A model generated the notes under the pieces. It saw only the letters and a list, made by a program, of their open reading frames with translations. It had not been told where the DNA came from and made no database searches. Of a DNA stretch of 64,000 nt, positions 63,369 to 64,000 are shown piece by piece. Both the position numbers and the translations under genes were made by a program. The DNA is from Heterodontus francisci. Lineage: Eukaryota. Positions within the stretch are counted from its first letter, which is position 1, and every line of letters begins with the position of its first letter. The stretch covers positions 434,001 to 498,000 of the forward strand of contig NW_027142032.1 in NCBI RefSeq assembly GCF_036365525.1, written 5' to 3'.

Positions 63369-64000
63369 GACTGCATTTGTTGACAACGCTATCGGTAGGT
63401 AGCGCTGTTTTGGCACATGCGCAAATACAGCATGTGCCACTAAAACGTCACAGCTTGCGACTGTAGCAGCTGCCAGGACTAAAGATGCCGCTGGTCAAAG
63501 AACCACACAGAGGCAACCTAACAAATCCGTGGCAGCATACAATGGCCGGAGTGAGATAGTGGAGCGGGCCGGGGTGAGCAGCGCGAGGGGCGGGGAGACC
63601 AGCGCGGGGATAGCAGCGGCGGTGACGAGGGTTGGTATATGGGTGGGACAGAGCTGAGGGAGGGAGTGAAGTGGGGGAGAGCTGAGGGAGGGAGGGGGAG
63701 AGCTGAGGGAGGGAAGGGGAGAGCTGAAGGAGGGAAGGGGGAGAGCTGAGGGGGAGAGCTGAGGGAGGGAGGGGGAGAGCTGAGGGAGGGAGAGAGAGAG
63801 GGAGGGAGAGAGAGAGGGAGGGAGGGGGAGAGCTGAGGGAGGGAGGGGGAGAGCTGAGGGAGGGAGGGGCAGAGCTGGGGGGGTGAGCTGAGGGAGGGAG
63901 CGGGAAGAGCTGAGAGAGGGAGAGAGAGAGGGAGGGAGAGAGAGGGAGGGAGCGGGGGAGGGGAGAGAATGGGGGGGAGCAGCGGAGCGGAAGAGGAATG
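63369..64000 (-). mobile_element. Non-autonomous DNA transposon, copy 2 (inverted; runs off the window)
   Basis: Reverse complement of 30090-30707. The terminal ~110 nt are identical, there are roughly ten differences over the next ~180 nt, and the minisatellite units differ. Confidence 0.9.

Overview
Repeat-dense vertebrate genomic DNA. The SINE and LINE families point to a cartilaginous fish (shark or ray). Most of the window is CR1-clade LINE fragments, a second L2/CR1-clade LINE family, three SINE families and Penelope-like element remnants. Host-derived sequence: a two-exon GPR139-like class A GPCR (6014-6083 + 10317-11221, +), a degenerate tRNA-Gly, a histone H2B 3' fragment, and a decayed multi-Ig-domain leukocyte-receptor-like gene with four paralogous promoter/leader modules. 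Main observation: two inverted copies of a ~1 kb CpG-rich non-autonomous transposon (29677-30707 +; 63369->64000 -) have exchanged flanks. One Ig exon is split, with its 5' half at 29.6 kb (+) and its 3' half at 63.1-63.4 kb (-), and each half carries the same target-site duplication ATTTGTGA(A). This implies the ~32.7 kb between the copies is inverted, either by ectopic recombination or by mis-assembly. Flipping it back restores a co-linear leader-Ig-Ig-Ig-TM gene and co-orients all four promoter/leader modules. All alignments were done by eye, and repeat boundaries are approximate.
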